Source: Antedon mediterranea (taxonomy: Eukaryota; Animalia; Echinodermata). From it: a stretch of 64,000 nucleotides of DNA. Position numbers and translations under genes: made by a program. The stretch spans positions 4,092,001 to 4,156,000 of the forward strand of contig NC_092680.1 of assembly GCF_964355755.1 (NCBI RefSeq), given 5' to 3'. The notes under the pieces were generated by a model that was not told the origin of the DNA, ran no database searches, and saw only the letters and a program-made list of their open reading frames with translations. Positions within the stretch are counted from its first letter, which is position 1, and each line of letters starts with the position of its first letter. Positions 39,825-54,600 of the stretch are shown here, piece after piece.

Positions 39825-41379
39825 TTACTATATACTCTCTTTATTAGTATAGCCTATCGGCCTACCTCTAATGGAGTGGAACTATCAGAAACAATATTAA
39901 AGATATAAATTATTATCCCCCTAAATTTTTTTAATTGAATAAGTCATTTTAATGTCACATATAGTTATTCACCAAAGACTGGATCGGAAAAAAATATTTA
40001 CGTGAAAAAATGATCGAATTGGTTGCCAAAACGGATTTTTGATTGAATTTAACCATTTATTTTGTTATTTTATAAGTGAAACATTATTTTTTAGTTTATT
40101 TCTACGGAAGTGATTAACTTTATTAAAACTAAAAAATAACCTATTTAAGTCTGATTCAATTAATCTTTTTTGGTTAAAATTACTGTTATAAATTATTTGT
40201 CTTTTTATAATTATATGATTATTTTTTTGGGGTTTTTAAACAAAAATATTATGTAATGCTCTTATGTAAGTCTGTTATCAAAATAATAATAATTTGCAGG
40301 AACGTTTTGATATAATAAATGTATTTAGTTCATCGTTGCAAAAGGGTTAATTTTAACCGATTTGAAATGTTTTTCTGTGAGTCATGCCCTTGGATAAAAT
40401 GCGCAACATTTAGTAGAACTGTATAATAATATTTCTTTTTTTATGAAGCGCATCGAACTCTGGTGACAGACTAATGAGGTAATGTCATTCAGACTAAAAG
40501 ACAATAAAGGAAGACACATGGTTTTGTCTTTAAACATTTTAGGAGTAGCGTAACGTTACAGTGCGTTCAAACGGTAACACAAAAATCAATGGTGTGTGAC
40601 GTCATAAGTATAAGGACTTAATGCGCGCAATTGTTAACGCTAAAGGTGGTCAAGCGTATACAAGCAGAGTAAAGTACTTGGTTTGACCTATGCATTCATC
40701 TGAGTGCAGTGTGGTGGTCCGGTATTAAGTATTTCACACGCGTCGCGCACACGACTCTTCATACTGGTAAACTCGTTTGTATAGTAATTATATCCGTATG
40801 TCATTGTGTTTTACTGTTGAGTTTGTTAGACACGTCTGTCAGAACCGAACACTAAACAATGACAAACATTATAATATAGGTCAAATCATAAGTTAAACCA
40901 TTTACAACATTATCAGTTGAATCGGTGTGATTAATAATGCTATATATAAAGTACCACGATAAATGTGTGTATATGGCAAATGATGATTGGACCCGAACTT
41001 AAACAGAATATTCAATAAATTAAATCTCAGGTGGCCTAAATATTGGGTAGACTATTTACTGCAATCATTGCTAGATTGAGACTGAGAGGGTAAAAAGTGA
41101 TACACAGTATATTGGAAATCAAAATGTCTGTCTGGGATTTTGTATTTAAACGCAAGGAAAATTAATCCTTAGTGTCATCAAAACTAATGAAGATAAAAGC
41201 ATTGTTAACAAATATTATTAATTGTGAACGACGTACATCTGAGTAGTAGCACCCCGCCTATCCACGGGTCACCCGTATTAAGGGACACTTCACAGTAAAA
41301 CGAACAAAGAGCAATGAATATTTTAGCAATACGACACCAACCCTTATTCAGGGGACATCATATTAAGGGGACACTTTTT

Positions 41380-42815
41380 GGAAAAGGATGATGATGACGA
41401 CAACGAGGAGGAAAAGGAATAGGAGGAGGAAAAGGATGATTCCTGATGATGATGAGGATGGAGGGAGAGGAGGAGGAAGAGAAAAAAATGATGCCTGATG
41501 ATGAGGATAACGATAAGGAGGTCGAGGAAGAGGAGGTCGAGGAAGAGGAAGAAGAGAATAGGGAAAAAAGAAGATGATGATGATGATGGTGATGATAATG
41601 ATGAGGTCTGATGATGATGAGGAGAAGGGAAGGGGGAAGAAGAAAAAGAAGTGAAAAAAAGGTTAATGATAATGATGAGGATGGTGATGAGGAGGACGAG
41701 GAAGAGGAGCAAGAGGAGAGAAAAAAAGATGATGATGGTGATGATGCCGGAGGAAGAGGAGATGGATGAGGTGGAAAAAGAAGAAGAGAAAAAAATGATG
41801 ATGATGGTGATGAGGAGGACGAAGAGGAGGATGAGGAAGAAGAAGAGAAAAGAATGATGCCTGATGACAAAGAGGAGGAATGATTGTGAAAAAGAGGAAG
41901 GAGGAAAGATGATGATAATGATGATAATAATAATATTTATTTATATTATTTATTTTATATAATAATATATACTGTATATAGTTAATACTATTTGAACAGA
42001 TAACTGTATCAGACATATAAGGCCATTAGGTGAGAAAAATTTAAGATATTTATGGAACAGAAAAACTGATCTTTAGCTCTCATAACAAAACAACAATTGC
42101 CCGCCGACTGAAAAAGACTATAAATATGATATTATTTCAAATCCCAGACAAAATCACATTAAATCGTAAAAATATGTATATGCAGTTGAAACGACAATAA
42201 TCCATCAAATTCCCAGATGTTAATTCAAACGACACGCCCACTTAAAAGACAGCAATAATGTATTAACGTAAAATAGTTCCGGCAGTCAGACGAGACTATC
42301 GAACACAAATTGCATTTTCATTTTATGTTGTGTGTTACTTGGCTAGCTCGTCGATGATGAATGTATCGACATTGTGTTACATCATGTATATACACACTTC
42401 TAACGTACACTATTCTTTACTCTCTAATCTCATTGACTTAAAAAATGATGAGAAGGAGGAAGAGGAGGGGAACAGATGATGGTGATAATGATACTGATGA
42501 TGCCTGATGATGAGGATGAGGTAGAAGAAGAGAAAATAATTATTAATTGTTCTATATTATAATGTTATGTTTATGTATTTTTTTGGATGAATAGAGAAAG
42601 AAATAAAAAAAAAAAAAAAAAAAAAGAAGAAGAAGGGGAGGAGAGAGGAGGGTGAGGAGGAAAAGAAAAGAATTATGCCTGATGATGATGATGATAATAA
42701 TTATGATGATGATGAGGAGGAGGAGGAGGAGGTGAAAGAAAAAGAAGAGAAAAGAATAATAATGATGATGGTGGAGGGCGAAGAAGAGGAGGACAAAGAG
42801 AAAAGAATAATGCCT
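41380..42815. repeat. GA-rich low-complexity tracts (41380-41930, 42445-42815)
   Basis: (GAT/GAG/GAA)n mosaics with recurring ATGATGCCTGATGA. Confidence 0.9.
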
Positions 42816-43989
42816 AATCAAATTATTATATTATATGTTTATTCAACGTATTCAATGACTATATCATTTTGGCTTTTTAATCGATATTATATTTTCTTAC
42901 AGGCTTAAAATATAATGACATTTTAACAATTGTTTCTTGTTGACCACAAGATAAACATATTTTTTACAAGCTGTTACGAATCTCGTGAAAATTGATGTTA
43001 TCTTTGAGTCGATTGATTAAGCATTAGATCAGTCTTTTCCTCTCAAGTCAAGTCGTGAAATCAGACGTAAATATCAAAACACGTTGTGTCATCAGTACGT
43101 GATTTGTATCTGAAAATTAAATTAATTTCATTTATTTTCCAGAAAGGCAACTACAGAACAAATATATTGAATAATGCCAATAAATAAAACTGTTACTACA
43201 GCACCAGTGTGGCAGATTGTGGAGACTGATGAATTCTAACGCAGCTTTGGATGTGATATCATTTCATGTTCGTACACATTTTTGACGGAGAAGCATTTAT
43301 GTTTTATAATGTATAATAATATTTTAATAATGTATAATCCAAATTTAAGCAGCACCAAGAACTACACAAAATACAATAACAAATATCCTGTTTATTGAAA
43401 TTATCCTACGTAGATTAAATTATATTAATTAAAAATATTATTATTACAGATATTGTTTTGTTCTAAACAGTTGCTGGTTGGCAACTGCAAATTATCATAA
43501 GTCAAACATTAATAATATTTAATAGTTGTTTTCTTTACTAACCGGGGCAACCGTACACAACAAACACTCAATATATGGCATTACAGTTATACATGTCCCT
43601 TGTTCTCGCTGTAAAAAAAGCCGAATCTTACAAAGAAATATTATTTTATTATATCTATATTGTACTGGTAGCCAATGACGTCATAGACAGCTGCTATTGT
43701 ATACAGACAAACAAAAAACTTTTCAAAACGTAATAATATTCAATGATAAATTTGTTAGTTGGATTTTTTTTAACCAGCATTTTAAAAGTTTGAATTTTAT
43801 GTGCAATAAGTTCAACGTGTCGTTAACAAGAACTTGAACTTGGACGATCGAAAAATTGCTCTTAAATTCGTTCAAAACAATATCACAGTGGTTACCGTTA
43901 CATAAACGTAATATGGGATATGGGAGAACGTCATCATCATAATAATCACAAACCGCATTATCATTTTATATTGTATTTATTATGGTAAC

Positions 43990-44585
43990 ATCATCATACG
44001 TTCGAAATAGACCCTACATCATTTTCATTGTCATCATCATCATCCTCATTTTCATTGTCATCATTATTATCATAATCATCTTCATCATCATCATCATCAT
44101 TATCATCATCATTTTCATCTTCATCACCATTTTCGTCATCATCATCATAATTTTCATCGTCGTCATTATTATAATTGTTATTATAATTTTCATCGTCATC
44201 ATCATTATCATCATAGTCATCATTATTATCGTCATTATCATTTTCATAATCATTATCATAATTTTCATCGTCATCATTATCATCATCATTTTCATCGTCA
44301 TCATTATCGTCATTATCATCATTATCATCATCATTTTCATCGTCATTATTATCAATCATCATCATTTTTATCATCATCACCATTATCATCATCATCATCA
44401 TCATCGTTTTTATTGTCATCATCTTCGTTATTTTCATAATCATCATCACCATTATTATCATCGTAATTATTATCGTCATCATCATGTAAATCAAAATAAT
44501 CATAACAATTACAATAATTATCATATCACCAACATCATCAACATCATCAACATGCATTGCGTCATAATCATCAACATCTACATCT
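43990..44585. repeat. (ATC/ATT)n trinucleotide low-complexity tract
   Basis: Degenerate CAT/TAT repeats with periodic TTTTCATCGTC. Confidence 0.92.
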
Positions 44586-46881
44586 TCTAGCACTAAATAA
44601 TCGACGTTGTTCCAGCTCCAAATTAGATCTAAATTTAATAAAATACGACCGTTAAAACCTAGGGACATATGGATGTCTGTTTACACTTCCCATAGGGGTA
44701 AACTGTTAACCAGTCCATTTCTGGTGCGCTTCACGTAAGGGTCAATTGATAACCAGTAATTGAAATACGACTTTTACTACTGTATAGATATGCTGTCGGC
44801 GCTGATTAGAAATTAAATCACTTATCAGTGACGAGAAACGACTCATTTTTTAATAACAATTAATAGTGTATTGAATCGCAAATTGCTTAGCATATCACTT
44901 ATCGTCTACAAATCTGCCGAGAGTGGGGTCATATAATATTTCACTTTTGTATTTTCCTATCAGATGTCGAAAATTAATAATTTATGTTGGTTAATCTCAT
45001 CTCAGAGAACAATGCCTCATATCAATGTACTGTGTATATTATCATAAGCAATGATAATTTGTTAAGGAATTGCACAAGAATTTTGCGTGGTCAACATTTG
45101 CAATCATAATGCGTTGATGAAATAAATAATTTAAAAAAACGTTCTTTTACATTACGGATTTAGAAAGGGAGTCGAGTGGAAAGGGAGGGGTGTGCGGATG
45201 AAAAGGATGAGGTGGAGAGGGAGGGTTGGAAAGACGATTATATTATTAAATTATATTGTAAATAAAAGTTAATTTAATGTTCTATCACTTACATTATTTA
45301 CTGAAATGTAGGAGGAGATGTAGTGTGGGGAGGGGGCAGGGAGCGGGGTTTGGTCCGTCTTTGTCATGTTTTCCGCACCTTTTCCACCCTGGGCGTTTAT
45401 AAATTAAATGTACTTGTACATCACAAAACAGGCCTACAAACAAAACAAAAATATACAGATAAAAAGTGGTAAATGCAAAATGGGACCAACCGACATACAG
45501 TAAACTGTTTGAAATCAAAACAAATCTTAAAGTTGACCTAACAACTGTTAATAATCCATTTGCTCAAATGTATACTTAACAAATTATCACCGCAGCAGAA
45601 AACCGTTGGTTTTACTACTGTACTCCTGTCTCCAAGACGCGAACAGACAAAAATCTTTGAGCTCAGTATCGCATTTCTGGATTCGATCGATACTTGTAAA
45701 TATGACAATTGAGAACAAAAAATGGCTGTTAAGAACTGGTGAAAATTGAATGCAAGATCGCGCATCGATTGATAAAAGATTATTAACATACAGGTGCAAA
45801 GATAAAGTCACGTCGCAATGTTTTGTTCTGAATAGGTAAAGTAAAATTTCTTTGTTTGCTCTGCCATTTTCAGTTTCAGTTTAACAACCCACTTTAAGAG
45901 GGGTGTTCTGTGTTCCTCTGTGCATGAAGGAATCTGTTTTTATCGTTTATTGGCGGGACAAGATATCATAATAGTAAATGTTGTCGTAGACATGCTAGTA
46001 GCGACAGCGGAATCGAATGTGTCACTTCTTTTTAAATGTTAACACATAATTACACAGCAACTCGCGGATATTAAACTACAGTATTGATTAACTCAACTAA
46101 ATGATATACATACACTGTATACACTATGGTCCATGGTAATGATGGCTTTTTTTTCGCGTTTGTATATTTTGTCTTATGTTATTATAAATAAATCAATGAA
46201 TTCAATTGAATCTATGAGAAAATAGAAAATCGTGATTTTTTTCGCCTCGTGTAAGAGTCAATGAAGGCATGTATGGCTTGGTTAGGCAGCCGGATTACAA
46301 TTAAGGCTAGTACAATAATATAAAATGTATACCTGTTTACTATCTGTGTTGTTAGGCCTAAAAAAAAAGGCAAATGAAAAATAAAACTATATTTGTCCAT
46401 GACGCCAGAATATGTACAGTAGGCTAACTTGGGCCTACCGTTATTTTAATTGAATGTGTGATTTGAATAATTTGTAAATACAAATTAATTCCTAATTAAA
46501 CAAAATACAGATCAATATATTTATTATGTAATTAAGAACGCCTACATAGATGTTCTCTTTACATACTGTTTCGTAACAATGGATCAACGTATTGTTAATT
46601 ATGAGAGAGGGCGCTACGCATAAATTCTAAAACTACAAAACTTGAGAATGTTGAGTGTAACTTGTGCCTTTTCTTTTTTTTACGAACACACCTATTGTTA
46701 TTATAGAGTGCCACGGATATTATATATATAAACACGTAAGTTAAAGATAAATGATGTCGTCAATCATTAAAGGCACAGTAAATTCGATTTGATTTGTGAA
46801 TATAAGTACTAGCCTATTTTACATTGCCTGAAGTGACCTGCAAAATGTAACACAAAAATTAAACCCAGACTTATGGAAATG

Positions 46882-47238
46882 TTAAAGATGTATTGTCCCC
46901 CTAAAAAAATATTTATGAAAGATTTTTTTTTGGAGTATTCCCTTTTAATGTAACATAACAGTTATCCACTTTGACCAAAAATTGGATCGAAAAAAACTGT
47001 ATTTACCTGACAAAATTGTAATAAATTTAAAGCAAAAAATGCTCAAATTGGCTGCCAGCCAATGGATTTTTGTTCGAATTTAACCATTTATTTTGTCATT
47101 TTACAAGTGAAAACATATTTTTTTTCGTTTTTTTTTAACAGAAGTGATTAACTTTATTAAAACTACAAAATAACCTATTCAAAGTCTGATTTAATTAATC
47201 TTCATTTTTCATGTTTTTGGGGGACAATACATCTTTAA
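46882..47238. mobile_element. Complete Kolobok-like non-autonomous element (~350 bp)
   Basis: TTAA-AGATGTATTGTCCCC...GGGGACAATACATCT-TTAA; TTAA TSD with AG...CT termini fits Kolobok rather than piggyBac (CC...GG). Confidence 0.8.
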
Positions 47239-50200
47239 CTATCGCCACGCTACTAAGGTGCCACTCGCGCTTACTAATACATCTTGACTATATAATATAT
47301 AATCCTTCTGTCCTTGATTTCTTTTAACAATATTGACACACTTTCTACGAAATACAAGGTATAATTTAGATGATTCATAATATTCTAAAAATTATTATTC
47401 ATAAAATTATTCAAAAATATCAGGCCCTCAATATTATATATAGGCCTAATTGTATTATAATATAATGAATTACACTATCAGTGCCTCAGTAAAGAATTTA
47501 TTTCCGAAGTGGTTCTTTATTATATAAAGTATCAACATTAACTGAAATTACTCAATGCACATAGCTTAATAAAATGAATATTCAAGAATATGAAGAGTGG
47601 GAATCCGTCCGTGGTAAATATGGTGCGCAAGATATACTCCTGATAGCCTTCTTTTGGAGAATGCATGACGTGTTTCAAATGTACAGAATACAGAATACGT
47701 AAAACAAGGGAAGAGTCTACAAAAATGAAGAGTAAAGAGTTGAAGTAATTTCACTCTTCCCTGGTAAAACTACTTTGGGGTAGAACACAGGTGCTAGCAC
47801 AAATATTGTAATGATGGAAGATCAAGTTAAAAGAAAAAAGATGCCCGAAATTGATTATTTTGTAGCGGTGGATAGAGGCCTTAAAATTGTAGCCTGGCAA
47901 GGGTTAGAAAGTGAAATCACTGTTAATAGTTCACGGATTACAATACAAATAAGAAAAGGCGTGTCTTGAACAGGTACTGTAGTGAATTGGCACTGTTAAA
48001 TCATACTCTGTAATATAGTGTAGGGATGGCCTCATAATCATCCTCATAGTATATTATCTAAACTGCTATTTTATATAATATATTTGACCGTTAATCCTCC
48101 TGATTAAGATTAAAATCAGAAGCGCTTTTTAAAAACAATTATTACCTCGAATAATGCACTTTTCAGTGGTCAAGCACTGATGATAATCTACGACACAAAA
48201 GAGCTAAATCCCCGGAAATCTAGCATCAATTGAAAAGTACGCAAGGGTCGAGGTAGCGACGTTGTAGCGAGGAAGTCATGCAGCATCGTTCAGGGCCTAG
48301 ATACCTCTGATAAGGTACCATCGGGTTGATTTGGTATACGGTGTGAATCAGATAAGCTATGTTATACCCAAGGGGTCGAAGACAGAATACAATCGACCTT
48401 AAGTTTGAGGTATTTTATTAGGTTCGATGTCTTTGCTAAACTAGACGCCTAGATGATTTTAAACTAATACTGTTATGTCTTTATGATCAAAATGGAAAAA
48501 TATCTATGAAATAATAAACACGAAATCTGCTTTAGAATTTAGTACCAAGCTATGAATCATTGTTGGCCTAATTCTTTTAAAACTGTACGAGTACTTATAC
48601 ACAAATTTACTTTGATAATTAAACAATGATGATCGATAGGCCTAAAACTCAATACTTCACCTATAAAACTTTTTTTAAATTTAATTTTTGTTTTTGCCTC
48701 CTTATTAAATCAGCGTGCACTTAACAATATTGATAGTAATGTTGTTTTTGCATCTCTGTTATTTCATATTAGAAAAAAGGCATTATTTCACTAATAGTTA
48801 CTAAAAGAAGAATGAAATAATAATATATAAATAATTATATCATTTTATGTTAGTTTTCCTAATATTCGTTCCGTTGTTAATTCTGTAACATTGATACCAA
48901 CACCTGAAGTAACACCCATGAAGTAGAAAAGTTTCCTACGATTGGGGGCTCTATACTAGTTTTTAGTTCAGTTCCCTTACACATTACGTAATATCAGATT
49001 GTGATTTTACTCTTGCCAAGTGGTAATATTATAATATGTAATGCAATTTTTATATATCAGTGTAATTTTGTTCAGTGTTTAATCGAGTCATCGATGGCGT
49101 ACTGATTAATACGCCATAAACCTTACGTCCATATTATACGTACAGATAATAATTATGTTTTTATTTCCATTTCTATGTATATTTATTGCTCTGACTCCTT
49201 ACCCATTCCACGGAGGAATTTCCTCCATACCCATTCCGATTCATCGGGAAAGCCCTGTCGTGGTATTTGGTATGTTAAGGGGTATACGTTTTCCTTTTGT
49301 TGTCATTCGTTTCAGCTATTCATATGTAAATTTGCTATTGTTCTTATTTGTTGTTGTTTTATGAGGTAACCATTTTATGATAACTATGTATATGTACTGA
49401 TAAGACCTCTATATTAGATAGTTTCATACAGTAATAACATAGGTCACAATATTAATGAGAATATATTAATAGCTACGTATTAACACAATCAATGAAGCTC
49501 CATAGAAATCTATTGTGGCCGAAATTATTGTCTGGCCGAAATTTATGCCGATGGGGTTCGGCGGCGGCGGTACCGTCGGAAACCCCTCCAATTTGGTACG
49601 TGGGCTAGAGGTAATGTAACGTAATCTTACCTTTTCCAGTACAGTATTCTCTCTGTAGCCTTGATAGACACAAGTTGTTATTCGCCATTTATTAAAGATA
49701 ATTAAAAATACATTTCAATTTGTTATGAAGTATTTCGCTTCGTGTTACATTGCCAAAGTAACAGGCAGTCATTGTCAGATTTTGATGTGTCGACCACCTA
49801 ATTCTTCTTCATTCAGTGACGCAATTTTACATATATCGAATTGTATTCATCACTAATAAATACGGAGATCTATTAAGGATTCGGAATCAGGTCCGTCAGC
49901 GTGAAGCGTGGTCAACCGAACCGAAGTTGTGGTATAATGGAAGAGCGCCATCATGTCTTGTTATTTCCCAAACTATTCAGTTTAGTAAAGGATGTCAATC
50001 CCAGAATGTTCATTCTTAAAAATCATATTTTTATTGTTAGAGTTGAATCATTCTCTGCAAGTGGTACACTTTATTTTTTATACAAATAAAATAAATAAAT
50101 ATACAATAACACCATATTGAATACCAACAACCAGGAGTGATATTATTTATTAATTTAATTACACAGTTTCTCCAACCTGGTGTAAATGAGTAGTTAATGA

Positions 50201-50317
50201 TGCATTCTAAATGTATGATAAGGCTTATGTCACGAATAATTTCTTCCTAAATAAAAAGAAATTATCAGAGAAAAATGATTTCTTGTTAGAGGTTTACAAT
50301 TTACTTATCTGTGGGTT

Positions 50318-50446
50318 GAATTGACCAATCACAAGCGATGGCTTATTCGCTTGTGATTGCTAACTGTCTATAACTTCGCTTGTCATTGGTTAAAACGCGT
50401 GCGTTGCTTTTACGTCCTTGCGTTACCTTCTAGTGGGAACCAAGCT
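50318..50446. mobile_element. MITE family A, 5'-truncated
   Basis: Near-identical to the right part of 59913-60091. Confidence 0.85.
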
Positions 50447-51286
50447 TAAGAGGTCGCTAAAACATTTATCAATGAAACTACTGCACCAGCAAATGCGGTT
50501 ATAATGTAATTCTCAAAAGGTAACCATTGGGTGACACAACATAAGGTTTGCGAAGGTTAGTGACCAGTTTACTCCGCATTCAAGGTTTACATACCAAAGG
50601 ATTATTAATGGATTATGAGTGATTATATGGGTTATGAGTGGATTATGAGTGATTATGTGGATTTCTGACTCATCCTCTGATCCTCAATTTACTTCGTACT
50701 GATTCAATAAGTTGTATTTTGATCCGTAACGGAAGATATCTAAACATGCTTACGACTTACAGTAAATAACAAAATGCAACAGAAAAAAAAGAAGAAAACA
50801 ACAAGAGAAAAGGCAAAGAAAATAAAGAAAATGATATAAAAAAACTATATGCCTAGTGAATGTGGAAAAGGTTATAGAAAAGAAATTGTTTAATTTAGGC
50901 TATGTGTCTTCAGTCGGGAATTGGAAAGAGGATTTGAAAATGGTGTCAAAATCTTCAAAAAGTTGTGTTGTGGATAAATGGATGAGATCATACTTACACA
51001 GATGAAATCATTACAAAAGAAGACCCTATACACTACTGTAAGCAATGACTTCAACCAAGCATGACCGTAGGTTAATCCTCATCAAATGTTGTTCGTGTGA
51101 TAGAATTTGACTACGTATTTAACGTTACGCCTTTCGTATGGTAACTACTCTTTGTCAGTCTGCTGCTGCTTACAGGATTTTTTAACGGTGTACGTATACG
51201 AACTACCAAAGTAGTTTATTATTATTTCATGTTAGCTGGAGAGTGCATGCGCCCTAGCACTACCCATCCGCCCTTATTAACATTAA

Positions 51287-51507
51287 AGCTTGGTTCCCAC
51301 TAGCGGCGCAACGTAACGCAATCTACGCAACGTAAGCAAATGCCCTTCTTCTAATAATTGTGTTTGCTCCCGCCTGCGCGAAATCAAACCTGCGATGTTT
51401 GCAGCACTATTGCGTCGTCGGTTCGCACTTGTGATTACGCAATACAGCATTTTGCGTCAATACGTCTCTGCGTTGCATTCCGTTGCATCGCTAGTGGGAA
51501 CCAAGCT
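51287..51507 (+). mobile_element. MITE family B (TIR like family A, different core)
   Basis: TAA TSD; AGCTTGGTTCCCACTAG TIR; core CCCGCCTGCGYGAAATCAAAC. Confidence 0.9.
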
Positions 51508-51550
51508 TAATTGTTATTTATCTTTAACGGATTATGCTTAACAAAGCGCA

Positions 51551-51691
51551 TCAAGGATCTCGATAATCAAAACAGTTATGACCTAGACTTTGAACAATAA
51601 GATAAATGCTTGTCGTAATGATGAACACAAATGTGACGGCAGCCAGCACTATGTCCATTCCATTTGCCACAACACGCCAACTTTCGATGCT
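51551..51691 (-). CDS. Cys-loop channel exon 6 (MA helix, TM4, stop)
   Basis: Poly-pyrimidine tract and TTTCAG acceptor, then SIESWRVVANGMDIVLAAVTFVFIITTSIYLIVQSLGHNCFDYRDP*. Confidence 0.88.
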   Translation of the reverse strand, partial: SIESWRVVANGMDIVLAAVTFVFIITTSIYLIVQSLGHNCFDYRDP

Positions 51692-54600
51692 CTGAAAAAA
51701 AGAAAGAAAAGGTGATACAATTATTTTAATGGTAAAGAGTAATATGCATATTACACCATACAAACAACCGACTAAAAATCTGTTTCACCACCACTGCCAC
51801 CACGTTCATACGCTGCACCTGCTGCGCCTTCGTTTTTCCTAAAAGAGTGGGTGGGGGTGTATTGAGTAAGCTCATGTAATGTGATTCATGTATCATAGGA
51901 CATAACACTAACCATATCATGACACAGGCACAACATAATGATACATTAGTATTAATATAATTTGCCTTATGAACTGGACAAAATGCCATAGTGGAGATAC
52001 AGTGGAGAGAACCGGGAATAACACAACTTGAACTCTACAGTTAGGCATCTATGTATAGATGCGATAGTTATATTATTACCCCTCTGTCTATTCGGTTGTC
52101 GTCAATGAATGTTTGTGTATACGTATTACTTACCGTTTTTATATCTACATTCTCATCCACAGGTAATTTCATAATGTTTAGGCCTATATTATTATCAGAT
52201 ACTATAGAAATGTCACCGACAACCTCTCCTGTTGGAATTCTGCTCGACCTTGCATCATCTTTGTCACTTGCTTTACTTTTATCGTTGTTGTCATCGTTTA
52301 TAAAACATATATAATTCCTGCAAAATTTGGCAACATATCTGATCCAGCGAGGAGCCGGAACACCCCTATTGGTTTTAAACACAAGCCACATTGACACAAC
52401 CGAGGACGGAACGAGCACCACTTGTGCCATAAAGATGCATGTCACGTAAATACCTAATAGAGGGCGCTCTGATACTACTGGTAACGTTTCTTCAACGAAT
52501 AACTGGAATATTAAAACTCCTAACACGAGTGAAATTATGAACGATAGTCGTTCTCCAGATTCAGCCGGAATTAAAAACACAAACAACGCCATTATCATAA
52601 TAACTGACGCAGGCACTGCGATTGTTAATATGTAATAATCGGGTTTACGGCACAGTTCAATTTCGAAAACAACTGACGAAACATCATCTTGGCCGCCTTG
52701 GGAGAAAATGCTTTTGTTATCATCTTCATCTGCAAAAATTCTACCGCTGACAATATTCCACTGCCCGTTCCGGGTCACAACATCAAGAAACACATTTTCA
52801 GGATGGATGACCACTTTCAGAATTGTACGCGGAACCCCAGATGGTCCAATGCGTAATGCGCATGTCTGAAAATCAAAGGGAAAGTGGGAGATGTGGATGC
52901 CACAGAAGGTCACGTGAACAAATGGGAATGTTAACGACACCAATCCACTCGAATCAACTACTGTATCTAAGTAGTCTATGTCATAGGTTCCTATAACTGG
53001 AAAATTACGACTTGCACTGTAACGAATATAATACGTACTGTATTAAGTTCACATAAAATAAGTGATATCGCGCCCTCAATTAACGTGAAAAGAAGGGTTA
53101 TTAATACACACTGGTTGGTATTTGCATAGATTCTAGAATCTATAATGTGTCCCCTTAATATTATGTGTTTCCTCTGAAGATGTTGACCATAATATGTGCG
53201 AAACATAATTCCCTTTGTTTGTTCCACCGAAGTGTTCCCTTAATAGGATGTCCCTCGAATAGGATGTCCCCCGAATAGGATGTCCCCCGAATAGGAGTGA
53301 TCAAAGAGGAGAGCTTTGTACACATCATTTCAGAAAACTTATTACAAAAACATAATCATTTATTTTACAATAACATCTATAGGCCCCTATTTGAAAATGT
53401 ATAACTTTTTTATTTTTACTATTAGATTATGAATTATATGAGTCTATGAATACAGGCATAAACAATACACATTATTTTACATTATACAATAACAATATTG
53501 TATGTGTAACCACTCTTTCTTAACCATGGATTAATAACTACTCCATGGTGATGGCGCTAGTTATACTCCGTCACGCATGATTGATTTAATGGCGAAATGC
53601 ATAAACACGAATGGTTCATTGCGGAGACCAGTGTACGTTATGCTATTGTACAAGCCAGATGTGTTGATAAAAAATTAGGCTGTTGGGCGTCAGAAGATTA
53701 GCTTGGTTCCCACTAGCGACGCAACGTAACGCAACCTACGCAACGTCGGAAAATGCCCTTCCAATAATTGTGTTTGTCCCCGCCTGCGTGAAATCAAACA
53801 TGCGATGTTTGCAGCACTGTTTCGTCGTCGGTTCCAACTTGTGATGACGCAATATAGCACTTTGCGTCAATACGTCGCTGCCTTGCGTTGCGTCGCTAGT
53901 GGGAACCACGCTTTATTGACCGATATGACTTACTCGTTATAAACTATTAGATTTGGCCACCATATTTGGTTCAGTTTTATTACAACTTCTTCAGTACCAT
54001 TATAGTCACGCGGGACCCACATTAGCCTATTGTCTGTCCAGTTCTGAAAATATAAATTAAATGTATATATCTATATAGAACTTTAATTGAATGCACTATA
54101 AGCAATACATTAGTACGGGTTGTTACATCTATCGTAATAATGTTCCCGTTGAATCAATTATTGTATTAATAATTTCTAATTTCATGCAGTTCAATTTTGA
54201 AACAAATTAAGCTATAATAAATCATCTTTAATTACCGATTTATCGATATTTGCAATTTAAAATATTCTTTCAAAATATAACAATTGTGTCAAAGGGAAAA
54301 GATAAGCCAAAACAAGAATGTGTAGCTATATTCTATCATCATACTAATACTATACAGTAAAGTTTACTTTTCTGTGACGCCTCGTTACAACAACAAGTAA
54401 AACATAAAACGGAATTAGTAATTGTGAATGGGCAGATAATCTGTCAATACATATCTCTTTGTAAAGTGCATACAGATGCAGGTATACGATTTTACTTTTT
54501 CAATATATTATTATTACTATTTAAATTAATTATACAGTAACATTTTGTCTACTCACCATGTGTACCCACGATAATCCGTTAAATATCTGATGACGTTCAT

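Noticed and set aside
41344-42908. Ser-, Glu- and His-rich ORFs
   Set aside because: GA-rich low-complexity DNA with overlapping ORFs on both strands.
43982-44668. Long ORFs (202, 224 and 113 aa) rich in Ile/His, Asp/Asn or Met
   Set aside because: Open in several frames on both strands because of the (ATC)n repeat; no domain or splice context.
52068-52943. Treating the 291-aa ORF as a standalone truncated gene or pseudogene
   Set aside because: It is exon 5 of an intact spliced gene; the flanking exons supply the N-terminus and TM4 in frame.
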